From contig JAQGDQ010000390.1 of the NCBI GenBank assembly GCA_030141605.1, forward strand, positions 156,331 through 220,330: a stretch of DNA of 64,000 nucleotides. Direction: 5' to 3'. The DNA comes from Tubiluchus corallicola. Its lineage: Eukaryota > Animalia > Priapulida. Within the stretch, counting starts at the first letter, position 1. The number at the start of each line of letters is the position of its first letter. The notes under the pieces were generated by a model, which was not told the origin of the DNA, searched no databases, and was given only the letters and a program-made list of their open reading frames with translations. Both the position numbers and the translations under genes were made by a program. Positions 1-24,883 of this stretch are shown in pieces.

Positions 1-2667
1 AAGTTCCCCTAACGAAGTTGAATATCTGTCACTGTCAACTGTGATAAACCATTGCAAACTCTTCTGCCACCTGAAGTAAAAAAGGGCTCAGTAAGAACTC
101 TTGAGATTGTGCGCTCAACCGAGTACCGCTTCCAACGAAATGTGCATTAGTAAAGCACCTAGAATGCGAATTCATTATAGAGGTCTTCTTTGAGACTCTT
201 CAATTTACAAATTTGCTAAATCATATCTTCAGCTTACTAACTTGTTAAATTATGTTTGGACATATTAAATTCTTTTTTCGCCCCATTAAGTAATTCTTTC
301 GATCACTAAATTAAGTCATTCCCACTACATCTCAACTGGCGCCGTAACATTTTTTTGGACACATTATTTTAGGTGGTTCCGTCCACACAGCAAGTCATTC
401 TTTGGGCACATTAAGTCGTCCGTTCAAAATCACGTAGTACTTACCAACAGATGGTGTGCTGACGATAGAATCCCTGTTCGAAATCTTCTGCTAGTATTTC
501 AAGGCCAAAAGGACCAAAAGGCGAAGAATACAGTGCCACACCCGCATTTGGGTCTATCATTTTACATGGGTATGTTCCTACAAAGGAAACGTTAATTAGG
601 TGCAGCTGCTAAGCAGGATTAAATATATTATAACGATGTACTACCTATTATAATAACATAGCTAATGATAACGTTACAGTGTTACAGTCATTAAAACAAT
701 ATAACTGTGTTATTGTAATCATTATAATGACCAAGCCATGTCGTTATAACGAGGCAGTATCTTGGCATAATGAGATAGTAAGTCGTTATGACGATTATGA
801 GATAGCTACAACGAGATAACATTATATGTCACTGCAATGGCATATAGAGTCGCTATAATGAGGTAGTATCTCTGTATAACGAGATAGTAAGTCGTTATGA
901 CGAGATAGCTACAACCAGATAACATTATGTCACTACAACGGCATATTGAGTCGTTATAACGAGGCAGTACCTCGGCCTAATGAGATAGTAAGTCGTTATG
1001 ACGAGATAGCTACAACGACATAACATTATGTCACTACAACGGCATATTGAGTCGCTATAATGAGGCAGTATCTCGGTCTAGTGAGATAGTAAGTCGTTAT
1101 GACGAGATAGCTACAAAGAGCTAACATTATGTCACTACAATGACGTATCGAGTCGTTATAACAAGGCAGCATCTCTTTATATTAACATCACAATGCGACT
1201 GAACAGTGGAGCAATATGAACGACAAATATATCCATTTACGTCATCAAAACAGTCATAGTTATAAAGATATTATGCTTATTTGCAGTTGTTAGAAATTCT
1301 GTAACTTTATCATTTAGTAGTTTATACAATTTCATGTTAAAATCAAAACTACATTCGGTAAGAACGTAGTTTGTCCTAGTGCATTCAAAAATGAAGTGTT
1401 TTGACGTAACGAGGTAGCGCCTTGTTTTAATGAAGTATTAAGTTTCTATAATAAGATATATATGTACTTATAACAAGGCTTTTACATTTTGTTTCCAAAA
1501 AACTGACCCCAACAGAGTTCCTTACATAAGCGATACTTAGTAGTTTGGAATTTTCATACCTTTTTCAAAGGACGACTTTATTGTCTTTCCATAGCCACTT
1601 TTTCTTGCGTCACCACATTGAAGAACAACAACTACGACCTATACAATACAAGATGTAGTTAATAAAACGTAAATCAGACTTGATTTATTAGACAGACTAT
1701 GGCGATTCGATCCAGTTTAAATAAAATATAACCGTGGTGCATTCTTTCGCATGCCATTGCGCCCATGTTTAACATAAAAAACTCAGCAACAATATACAAA
1801 AATAATGAAAGCATGGGTTATTATACCAAACAAAAAAGCACACACAGTTGTGCCACATTCATTATTAACGGCACGACGTTGTAGCGTTAATAAAGTTGAG
1901 ACAAAATACGGTAAATTTGCCGACAACACTGAACTTAAATTAAGGTTAATGACGTGCGGAAGAAAAGTTCAAACGCTTCAACTACAAGTGACCTTAGTTT
2001 GTGTTACTGTTCTAACGATCAATCTTAGCTTGTAGGTCAGGCTTGTAGGTCTTCATTAATTATGTCACCGTTTTTTTTGTGGATAACTGCCACAAAGTTA
2101 GAAACAGAGTAAATACAGAATAATATTGCTTCAATTATTGGTATTTGGTGATGCCACCGTATCATGACTGTCAGTCAATTTTATTTCGTTCTATTTCGAT
2201 TGGCAAGTCCGTGGTTTATCAAGTTTTATCAACTGTTTTAATGTTTTAAACACTTTGTCAGCAAATAATCTTCGTACCATGCATAGCTGTAGCTATCTTA
2301 ATGATGCCTTTATCAAGATTGTTATTTAGTCTCAGTAGTGTGTATTTGATGTTTTTTTTTGTTAATGTGCATATTTAATGCAAAATGACTGCGACTAAAG
2401 ACATGAATGCTAAATAAAAGACTTTCATTATTATTATCATCATCATCATCATCATTTTTTGAAATCAGGCGTTTGTTACTTGTAAGAAACCACAGACATA
2501 CAGCAAAAAACCGTGTCAAAATCTTTTCTCGAAACTTTTGCAACGAATTACACACGTGCTAACGGTCACCGTAGTAACTAGCTTTGCTGCTTAATAGTAG
2601 CTGAAAAATCGGACTCTCTTACGGTGTCCACTATGGTCCATAGAATTTTCGTGCAAAATTTCAGCAT
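1..2667 (-). CDS. Uncharacterised signal-peptide protein, 5' part (continues past the left edge). Exons 2667-2623, 1638-1560, 553-445, 70-<1
   Basis: Four segments with GT/AG boundaries join in consistent phases (0,1,2) into an open frame: MLKFCTKILWTIVDT|VVVVVLQCGDARKSGYGKTIKSSFEK|DPNAGVALYSSPFGPFGLEILAEDFEQGFYRQHTICW|WQKSLQWFITVDSDRYSTSLGEL. The hydrophobic N-terminus ends in a G-D-A cleavage-like motif. Family not recognised. Confidence 0.6.
740..1170. repeat. Tandem repeat, ~101-bp unit, ~4.2 copies (intronic)
   Basis: GTCG(T/C)TATAA(C/T)(G/A)AGG starts at 740, 849, 950, 1051 and 1152; internal GAGATAG and GTCGTTAT subrepeats. Confidence 0.9.
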
Positions 2668-2710
2668 CCAGCGATGAAAACGTGTGGCCCTTGGTAGCTT
2701 TTAAAGTTAA

Positions 2711-2802
2711 ACGACGACGACGACGACAACAACAACAACAACAGCAGCAGCAGCAGCAGCAGCAGCAGTAACAACAACAAACAACAACAAACAACAACAA
2801 CA
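2711..2802. repeat. Compound (ACG)/(CAA)/(CAG) microsatellite in the head-to-head intergenic region
   Basis: Directly visible. Confidence 0.9.
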
Positions 2803-3097
2803 ATATGACTTAGAGTTAGGGATCTCGCATTTCGTGTCGGATTAAAAAATAATGACGTAGCTATAAGCTTCGTTCCACGGGTACATGTAGTCTCTTGCAG
2901 TCACTATTGTCATGACTGCCGTCCTTTGGGAAAATCTTCCAATGGCAACATGTTCCTCCTGGATACAATTTGAAGCGAAAAGCCATTTCATTTGTTGCGA
3001 ATATTGACTAATCTTCAATATCGGTGAGTTTATGTTACAGCTTCCTAGATTACATGCTTGCTTATGTCATTGTACTGCAGTTGAACTTAGTTACGGC

Positions 3098-15172
<12,075 letters not shown>

Positions 15173-15482
15173 TGATGATTGCGTCGATCGTCTGATTGTA
15201 GCTTGATGTGTTATCGCTTAGAATTATTATTCAGTATTCTCGCTTTGTAAAACTAATGACAACAAAACTTGGGTAAATTATTGTGAAAGAAATGATGTTA
15301 GGAAAATAAAGAGAAAGAGGAGGATGAATTAGAAAGAAATGGATCAGTGAGAGACTCATATGAAAAAATAACTAAACTTTTATTGAGGGTAGAAGACCCT
15401 TTGATACTGAAATTGAGATAATTTATGACACTGACTAACATGCATAATTATTTTAGACGTTTTGTTTAACTTTTATTCACAA

Positions 15483-15815
15483 CGCACACGATCTGTTTGC
15501 AACAACTTATCTGACCCACATTTTGCTCGTCTGCGCACTCGATACAAACGCTGTTCCACCAAATTTGTCGCACATAGATTTTTATCAAACTCGCCTTTTT
15601 GTCGTACACAAACTCATCTTGCCCCCGTGTACGCGCTCGGTACAAAAATTTATACCAAATAGAAGTAAATCAATAAAAAGCAATCGTTTAATCACTTGCC
15701 ATTGTTTGCAGAGGTTTTTCATGACACAGTTTGCTTCACACAAGAGTTGACGTGTGCAGGCAAATTTTGTCTGAGACAGTTTACGTCAGACAGTTTGTTG
15801 GAGACAGTTTTTACC
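15483..15815 (+). mobile_element. Dispersed non-autonomous DNA element (inverted copy at ~47508-47870; related fragment at ~36390-36480)
   Basis: Blocks such as TTTGCTCGTCTGCG and GCAGGCAAATTTTGTCT..GAC.GTTT match the reverse complement at 47.5-47.9 kb. Confidence 0.65.
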
Positions 15816-16401
15816 GTATGCAAAAGCTTAATTGAATAGACTTTGTGTAATTTTTTTCAACTCATAGGACAAAATGCAAAACGTTTTATAGAAACTTTAT
15901 TTATAAAAATGTAACAGAATGATCACTTGGTTGCATGATCAACATAAGCAGATTTTACTTAATTTACACATTTTTATACGTATAATTAAGTTGTATGTCA
16001 AATAATTGCAAATCATAATGCTATGTAACAGTTATCATTTGATTATTACGGTTGCAGTCTTATAGCAGGTCGTATTTTCAAGTTATAAATGCTTAGTTGT
16101 CATGCATGCGCTCCATGCATAATTAGATTGCTGGAGAAATTTTATTATCATGCAATTATGTGGAAATGCATGTCTGAATAAAACCTGGATTGGAATTTAC
16201 ATGAAAACATTTAGCTCAACTATAGTACCTATAAAATCTTTATTTATAAGCAATATCAAACTTTGGTTGATATTTTTACGTCGAGTTCTCGTTAATAGCT
16301 AATGGTTAATTGTTTAGCTAATTATACAATTATAGTTCATCTATGTTTCTGCGATAGTATAAAATTTACATTTTTTGCGCAGTACATGTGAAGAAAAGTT
16401 A

Positions 16402-19400
16402 TCACAATTTAGAGACGCCGCTATGATCAGGATCTCTCAGTCGCTGATGAACTGCTTCACCTCCATCATTTACAATCACCTGCAAAAAGAGAGATTTTAA
16501 GAGTCTCTAATCATAAACTAAGCCCAATGGTACAGAGTGCTAATAACTAAAATAATACTATAGGTAATGAGCTTTTTCACAGTTTCAGCGATTGACAATG
16601 ATCGAGAAAAAGTCAAAGGTTGAGTGTACCAGACAAGGGATTTGTGTACACTTGACAACGCCTTGCATCAATGCTATTGTAATAGTAATAGTTTTAACAG
16701 CTAGCTAGAACCTTACCTAGCTTAGTTTTTCTTGTTCCCAAGCACAGACTAATTAATGCATAATTAAGAAAAGTCCACGTAAAACAACTGAAGTTACTGA
16801 ACTGATGCGACAGACGGCTTTGCTTTATCCACACGCCACGTGACGGTTGTAGTTAAGACGTGTTGCTGTGGTACATTTAACCTTTGACCTACAGCAAGTG
16901 CGCAGCTTTGAAGCGAAACATTTCACACAACAAAACTGTGAAAAGGTTTATTAAGCAAACAAGTTTGACATGTTAGTAAGTAATAATAGTTTAAGCTAAT
17001 TTAAGACGGGATTTAAACGAGTCATATGAAGCCTGGCCGTCCATAGTGGTCCTTTCCTTCAATAGTTTTTTTATACCGCTAAGACGGCGAAGTACCATTT
17101 ATCTTCAAACCCACCCCCAAGGAGCAACTTTATTTTACAAAATTCTCTCTGTTCTTTCGTTTACACGAAGTGAACTAGCAAACAACATTATAATGCATTT
17201 TGGGGCACTGCAAGGTGCAATTCAGCACACATTTGCATTAGGTTTTACATTGACTTTTGTGGCTAGACTGGAATCTAGCTACGTTGTTAAAGACAACCAT
17301 CAATGGCAAGCCATTGAACCGACAGAAGTAGCTTAGCCAAGTTCCCATGTAGTCTACATACATCCTTCCTACATCTGGTAAAAAGCCAGAATCAGTGTAA
17401 CAAATGAAACCTGCCAGGTTGATTATTGAACCCAGATAATCACGAAGCATTCACTGTCAAGGTTCGGCATGGCTTAACTCCGGTCGCCTTGACATCTGAT
17501 CTATTCACCAAGCCTTGCGTGGCACCCGTCTGCCAATTTGAATTGTTTGGCCTTAATGGTCTTTAGAATACAAGATGTGTTGATAGAAACATTTAAAATT
17601 TACTATACCCTACTGAGTTTCAAGGTCAAACTCAAGGTCATAGGGTCCTTCCTCCTTTCTCTCCCGTAATATTTTCATGTTCAGAATCATATTGCAAAAT
17701 CAGCAATATGTCTCATTCGTATTTCATCTAACATTTTGCTTTTTCGGAAAAAAATACGAATCAACAGAGCCTGTGCTGAACATTATTTTGCACTGGTATA
17801 TAAGCACTAATTTAACCGATTGCACAGTTTATAACATGTGTAACCTTTTTGGACCCTTAAGGACTCTGTTAAGGTCTGAAGTCCTGAATTAGTAATAGAT
17901 GATGACCGCAGTTTCACCCATATAACTATGATTTTAGTCATTATGGTCATGCCAGCTCTGAATTTCACAGAAATACACAGTCGATGATCTAATGCCAAAC
18001 TTCCCATTAACAGGTATTCTTACCTTGTTTTTGCCACGTGCTCTGTAGAAAATGCACTCAATGATCAGGCATAGAATAGCTAGGATTACAAAAGCCAACA
18101 GCATAATGAAGGCGAAAGCAAATCTGAGCAGATCTATTGGTAACGCCAGGGGAACAGGCGACCCTTTATTGCCTTTTGAACTCTCTGCAAATAACAAAAA
18201 GCAATGAAACCAATATGAAATCAGTCAATGAGAAATCAATTGAATGACTTGTAAGCTGTCACAAAAAAAGAAGAAAAGGAAGAAGTTGTAACTAAGAAGT
18301 ATAACAGAAGTATCTAAGGCTGTTGTCCCTTCTTTTGCCCCATAATTGATTGATCTGCTTCTTCTTAGAGCTATATTTTCAAGTGAATCTAATCTTCATT
18401 TTCACCATCATCTCATTCACTTGTCATTGTCATTACTCTCACCATCGCCCTGTTATTTCATTCTCTTCACTTAGTTTATTTCACAGCTTCTATTTCTCTC
18501 CATTTTATCTTATGCTCAGGCTTCAATGTCAGGTGAACCATCAATTTTGTTCTATTTTGTGGTAGTAATATCTTGACTGCATTGTATGTAATAAATGTAT
18601 TATTTATGGCATTTTGGAATAAACCAAACTAAGCTAGATTAAGCTACACTCAACACTGCAAGTGCTGGAACATTCTTGGTCATGCCTGTAGTAGCACAGC
18701 AAACTGCAATACAGGGTCAAAAAAAGACAGGATGATTTTTTTATTTCCTACCCCATTCTGAAGTATGGTAAAAAGTATACATTTTATCACCAGTAATACT
18801 GCAAAAGCGTTTCACTCGTAATTAAATAACAGATTAAAATCTTAATGAACGATGGACGAGTCAAATGAACATAATTTTTAACAGCAAAAACATTCCATCA
18901 GCTTGTTGCATATGTTTGCAAAAGCGAAGATTGAAGTAAAGTGTATTACACCATGCTGCTACTGTGCAAGATTTAGTGTAATATACAAAAACTCGACAAA
19001 GTTCAAGAAAAAAATCAAATTTCAAATTTACCACTGTGCTCACGCATGAGCTGTCGAATGTGTGCAGTATGTCACGAACGAACAGCTCTGAATTAAGAGG
19101 TACAGCACGGTCGGCACCTGTTTTTTGTGCAACGTGTTTCCAAAATGCAGGCGGTAGTGCCGGTTTAATTAGTGAATAGCGAAATGCATGTAACAGCGAA
19201 GAACTAGTGGTGCAAACGCAAAATTGCGTTTTTGTGGTAATAATTCTTTCATGTAAGTTAGTCTTAAAAAATAGTATGTTAGTTTTCAATATCTTAAATA
19301 GATTGCTTTGACCTGCAGTTTAAGATTTGTTCCGGTTTTCCTTTAACTTAATTCAGTCAGACATGTTAACTGTGCACGGTTATAGGTTATAGAGAATAGG

Positions 19401-20132
19401 GAGACTCAGATGGTAAGCCCAGATAGTTAACTGACAGAATGACAGTCAGACCTTTATCAAACTTAATGACAAAATCAGGGAATTTTCATACGCATTTCAA
19501 AAGCTGGCCTGAGTATCATAATAATAATTATGTAAGAAGCACAACAAATGGATGAGATCTTTTTGTGTTACTAAAAATAGTGTGCACTTTGACACTGGCT
19601 GTCTAAGCAACCTAAAAGAGGTAGCATTTGTTTATTGATAGAAGATATTTTTATCGTAAAGAGAAAAAAATGCCTGCAGTGGCAAAGAAACATGGATTTG
19701 GAGCATCTGTCCATGCTCCAAAACTTTTAGAGAATAAAGGTAGAACTTTTATTCTAAAGTCAGACAGAGGAAAGAAAAGAGTACGATTTTTGTCCCATGT
19801 TTACGACAAACAATTCATTTAACAATTCATGCAGTGAGAATGTGATGCTTACGTGTTAATGTGGTTACTTCAGCGCACTTGTCACTTTTTTCGAACCACC
19901 ATTTTTCGTACAACGCGTCTAAGACGCCATCCTCTTGTAAGGAAATTAGAGCATCATTGAAGTCCGTCAGTAACCGGGGGTTGCTCTTGTGAATGGCTAT
20001 TCCATATGACTTCAGTCCAATGTAAGGATTTATGGTTATTACACCACAGTCCTAAAGTTAAAAATAACGTTTGCTATAGTATGAAGGAAGGAGAGCAAAA
20101 GAAAGAAAGAGAGAGAGAGAGAGAAAGACAGT

Positions 20133-20196
<64 letters not shown>

Positions 20197-20226
20197 AGAG
20201 AGAGAGAAAGAGAGAGAGAAAAGGGG

Positions 20227-20306
<80 letters not shown>

Positions 20307-20322
20307 AGCAAAAGAGACAGAG

Positions 20323-20366
<44 letters not shown>

Positions 20367-20396
20367 AGAGAGAGAGAAAGAGAGAGAGAAAAGGGG

Positions 20397-20445
<49 letters not shown>

Positions 20446-23400
20446 AGAGAAGGGGAGAAAAAATGTTAGGGATGAAAGTATAGAGAAAGGAGTGTAAAAA
20501 TGTAGCGAGGAAAAGAACTTTACAGGATGAAGTTGTTAATATCTGCCAAGCTTTATTAATGGCATACGAGCTCATTTAAAAACAGCATTAAAAGCATCTG
20601 AATAAGCAACTTGGATTACTTTGAAATATATGGCCTAGGTCAATTTTATGTCGCTGATCTAACGAATAAACTTCCGTTCAGCTTGCGACTGATGATTATG
20701 ACCATTTTAAAATGAGTTTTAAAAGTTAAAACCTATCTTTTTACTATAACGTTTAATTAGTGTGGGTCTTAAAGCCTATTTTTACTATATCATTTAATTA
20801 GTTGCCACATGATGTATGCTTATTGCAGTTATTCTTAATTGTAGACCTGTTTTGGGGCACATCTGATGACAATAATTGTCGATTTATGCGCTTTACAAAT
20901 AATCTTTATCATTATTATTACCTGTGCAGACACGTAAGACAACGATTTTGCTTCCCCCAGAAATGCATAGTTACCACTTTCGTGAACTCTGTCGATGCCT
21001 TCTGCCATGGAATTCACGCAATTACCTTCCTTTGTCATCTTAGCACCCATTTTCAGTATCGTTTCCACATTGGATCTGTATTAGAAAAGGATAGCAAATT
21101 TAGTGTTTTTGAAATTCAAAAAGAAAGGCATGAAAACCAGGTCTTTGTCTGCCATTTGTAAACCTAGTTGTTTAAAAATGTCGTTATGGTTGATTAGGTG
21201 CCATGAAATGTTAACAGTCTAAAAGTTAGCCTAATGCCCATTGGGTGACTTGCAGGAACATAGTTGTGAACCTATTTGTCTTAGCCTAGTCTAGAGGCAA
21301 GGCACACTGTGATTGTGATCGTATTTAAGAATGGTCTGTGTGTCATAAATGCTGGTCAGTTGGCGGATGAAGAAATCCCTTAGACTCTCGGTTATGGTTT
21401 ATCCATTTGCCGTACTGATTCTGGCTATTCGCCTTGTAGATTTTACATCAAGATGTAGCTGTGACACCTCTGCTGGTTTAGTGATTATTCTAGAAGCATA
21501 GCCTTGGTAATGAATCAGGTTTCAGTCTACCTACAACCATCCATTTGTATAGGGCCTGTTGATAAATGTGGGATACAAGCTTGCAATGCACCTAATTGTG
21601 TAAAAAACATAGATGGAACACTTTCTGTATGAGACATAGAACCGCAGTTCTTTCTTCTAAAAGACACTGTTTTTAATTGCTTCCGGTACTTCTGCTTACT
21701 TGACTTCTTACCTCGTGAAGAAAGATTCAGTTGAGCCACCGCAGATAGCACCATAGTTCATCTTGCTCTTTGCCAGATCATCTGCACTCATGTACATGTC
21801 GACAGCAGTGAGCTTGTCCTCAGCGATTAAGCTTGCAGTGAGACCAGCCATGTAAGCTGCAGCAAAGATGGCAACAAATCCCCACCAGCCAATGATGAGG
21901 AGCCGCCCAGAAACTGAGGCAGGACCATGTTCGTAGCCTAAAAATGATAAAGATTGTGTTGCTTGTTCACCAAAGATAATGAAATATGCAGCTACTTATG
22001 AACAATAAAGTGCTATATCAGAAAATCAGAATTAATTCCTTTGCCTTGTAACCAAACTAGGAATTTCTGTTCATTAATTGCTTTGTCTACACTGCCTCGT
22101 TTATAAAAGTATTTCACTAGTGAATATAACAAAAGTAACCAGAGACGTCTATTAATGAATTCGGCCACTTATTCTTCAACATAAATTTTATTAAAAGCCA
22201 AACGTTTTCTACCACTTCTTTGATCTTTGCCGATTCAACACTAACTGCAGAAGGGATCAAAGTGTTTTAAGTTCTTAAAAAATTAATCTAAAAAGTAGAA
22301 CTACACTTGCAGTAACTAACATTTATAATTGATGACAATTAATATCCCAGCAGTAAAAGCAGGCTTTGGATCAAATGTTATGAAAGATCGAAAAAACCCA
22401 AGTTGCTATGGAAAACCGGAAATTCTTGGCATTTTGACATCTAGAGACTTCTACACTTACCTTGCCAGAACAGCATGCTGCTAATGGAGAAGTATGAATT
22501 TCCTGAGCTATAGTACTTGGCTTGGATTTTGTTTGCAACACCTCGTTTGTACTTCTTTTCCCACTCGTATGGACTAAACCTGGAATTTGATGGTTTAAAA
22601 TCTAAAACTGACTTATATAAGTATTGGCCTTAAAATAAACTTTCCCTTCAAGAATGTCTGTAACTGTAACAGAGGTTAGTTATAAAAGTTATATATATAT
22701 ATATATATATATATAACATATAACATATAACATATATAACATATATATATAAAAGTTAGTGGCATGACTGATGAATTTTATAGCGTCTACATTATTTCTA
22801 TATATATATATATATATATATGTACTTGGCAAAAACACTTTTTACACACTCAATTTAAATTAATAAATGCATCTACAACAGAGAAAGTTCTCTTGTCAGC
22901 CGCCAGTTATTACTGCAGATGAAGGTGACAACCTCAAAGACAAAAAAGACTTACTAACTACTTTTGCAATTACTACATCAAAACTAAGTTCACCACGTAT
23001 AAACATTAGTGACATAAACTTAGCTATTATAGTGTTTGATAGTAAATTTTAGCAATATGTTTGTAAGTAAAACGAGCATATGGAAAAGTTTGTCTTTTTA
23101 GTACTTTTATAATAGTGCAGTCTGATAATCCCAGTGAATGAATTTTGTTATTATTTTCATTACACAACATATATATATATATATATATATACAATTACTG
23201 CAAATAAAGAATCATCATCACCTCTGGTCATCTCTTTGCATACACTTTTGTAATTGCAGTAATTAGTAATTAGCACCTGTTTATTATAATCATGAGAATC
23301 CAGACGAGCACCCAGCCTCCAACAGCAGCAAGCCAAACACCACGAGTGAAAGGACGGATGAGCCAGTTCCATGGATTGAGTCCTTCAATGAGTGGCTTCT

Positions 23401-24336
23401 TGATAAGAAATCCGATGCCCGTATTCATGAATGGCTTCGTAAAGTCCACGGCAGCTTCACGCTCGAATGTGATTGTCAAGGGCGCTGCTGCTGCGTCAAC
23501 TTCCTGAAAGTATGCAAAACCATCATCATCATTAATGTGTGTTCTACTGAGAAGATAAGCAAACCAAGACTGGCAACTAAATGGATAGGTGACCGCCGAG
23601 AAAACTATTTATAGACAGCTTCATCTACAATACTACTCTAGTAGTTTACCCTTATAGACAACTTCGTTTTCAGAACTTCGTTTTAAAAGATTATCTTTTA
23701 AAGTGCTAAATTATGCCAACGACAAAGCCAGTAAAAAGTCAAGTGGCAGCAGCAGCAACAATAACAACAAGTCAAAAACACCACTACCACAACCACAATG
23801 ACAACAACAATAACAATAACAATAACAATAACAACAACAACAACAACAAAAACAACAAGTAAAAAAACACCACCACCACAATCACAACAACAATGACAAC
23901 GACGAGAACAACAACAATGACAACGACGAGAACAACAACAACAACAACAACAAAAACAACAACAATTCAACATACCCTTCTCAGCACTTCTCCCATTAAC
24001 CCACTCCAACCTTCTGATGTTTTCGATCCATATTTACTATCCTTCACCAGCTGCAACCTAAAAGCAAAATCTGAAAAAAACATTATTAAAGAACCATTGT
24101 AATTACACAATTGTAGAAACTCTTAAAAATAATTACATATTTTATCACACTTCTGACTGTTTTACATGGAGAGTGCAAATTTGGACTGGCAAAGTTAGTC
24201 ACTCCATAGAAGATAGCGAATACGTCACTTTTGGTCGCTTACTTTTTCTTTCAGCTATTTTTTCCACAAGATCCGGAATGTAACCATAAAGACTAGTAGG
24301 ATCATCAAAATCTCGTTGCATGGTATATGGTTCGTC
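16402..24336 (-). CDS. Ionotropic glutamate receptor-family subunit (S1-M1-M2-M3-S2-M4; N-terminal exons unresolved). Exons 24336-24243, 24070-23976, 23503-23277, 22579-22461, 21937-21712, 21075-20922, 20051-19853, 18184-18024, 16479-16402
   Basis: GT-AG exons with consistent phases encode DEPYTM..GYIPDLVEKIA, KDSKYG...WSGLMGEV, DAAAAPLTITFEREAAVDFTKPFMNTGI, RFSPYEW, NSYFSISSMLFWQG, P.SVSGR...WW.F, GGSTESFF, YAFLGE, YGIA, LQEDG.LD.LYEKWW and M4, ending GVSKL*. Confidence 0.92.
18872..19330 (-). repeat. ~450-bp interspersed repeat, copy 2
   Basis: Reverse complement of 11620-12062 (diverged). Confidence 0.85.
20100..20455. repeat. Interrupted (GA)n microsatellite
   Basis: Directly visible. 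Confidence 0.97.
23745..23965. repeat. (CAA)-rich low-complexity microsatellite
   Basis: Directly visible. Confidence 0.9.
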
Positions 24337-24431
24337 CTGAAAAACATCAGCTTACTAATCCACATTTAAAATAACCGAAGAATGTAGACAAAAACTTAAT
24401 GTCCTTTATAATCTCAATGATTATAATATTT

Positions 24432-24470
24432 TTCCGGATCTTTCAGCCTAGCGGGCCTCATCAGCTGAAT
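24432..24470 (-). ncRNA. Minimal type I hammerhead ribozyme motif (Penelope-like), sense to the iGluR pre-mRNA
   Basis: Minus strand reads AUUCAG-CUGAUGA-GGCC-cgcua-GGCU-GAAA-G-AUC-CGGAA: canonical CUGAUGA and GAAA cores, 4-bp stem II, AUC cleavage triplet, stem I with one mismatch. A degenerate inverted copy lies at 24533-24570. Confidence 0.6.
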
Positions 24471-24851
24471 AGAACGTGTTGCTAAGAGTGTTGGTAACCT
24501 TATAATGCTCTCAGGTTACCAGCACTTTCAAGTCAGGTAACGAGGCCCACTACGGCGAACGATCCTGAATAAATATTACTATCTTTGAAACTAAAAAGAG
24601 CATGATGTTTTCCTCTGTTAATGATGACAATTCTCAGGAGAACTCTCTCGTATTTCAAAATCGAAGAATGTCTTAATTTCAGCAAGCAAATTGCATAGAT
24701 TAATGCTCTTATATGAATATGCGGAACAATTGCAATAGTGCAGATGAAACACAGAAATTCATGGTAAAACATTTTAACATAAGATTTAAAAGCCTAAAAC
24801 TGAATTAAATACGAAGTAATGCTTTATCCTCGGCACTTGCACCGTGTATAC

Positions 24852-24883
24852 CTGTATCAGACGCAGTCTGTTTTGTAATTCTA
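24852..24883 (-). CDS. Candidate 32-nt microexon upstream of iGluR S1, (V)ELQNRLRLIQ
   Basis: TTTATAG| ... CAG|GTATAC; the phase-0 end matches the DEPY exon and the start is phase 1. NAGNAG acceptor. Confidence 0.45.

Noticed and set aside
740-1170. CRISPR-like regular spacing
   Set aside because: Whole units are repeated with no unique spacers, and the context is a eukaryotic intron.
20039-20575. 178-aa and 112-aa ORFs
   Set aside because: (GA)n microsatellite translations inside an iGluR intron.
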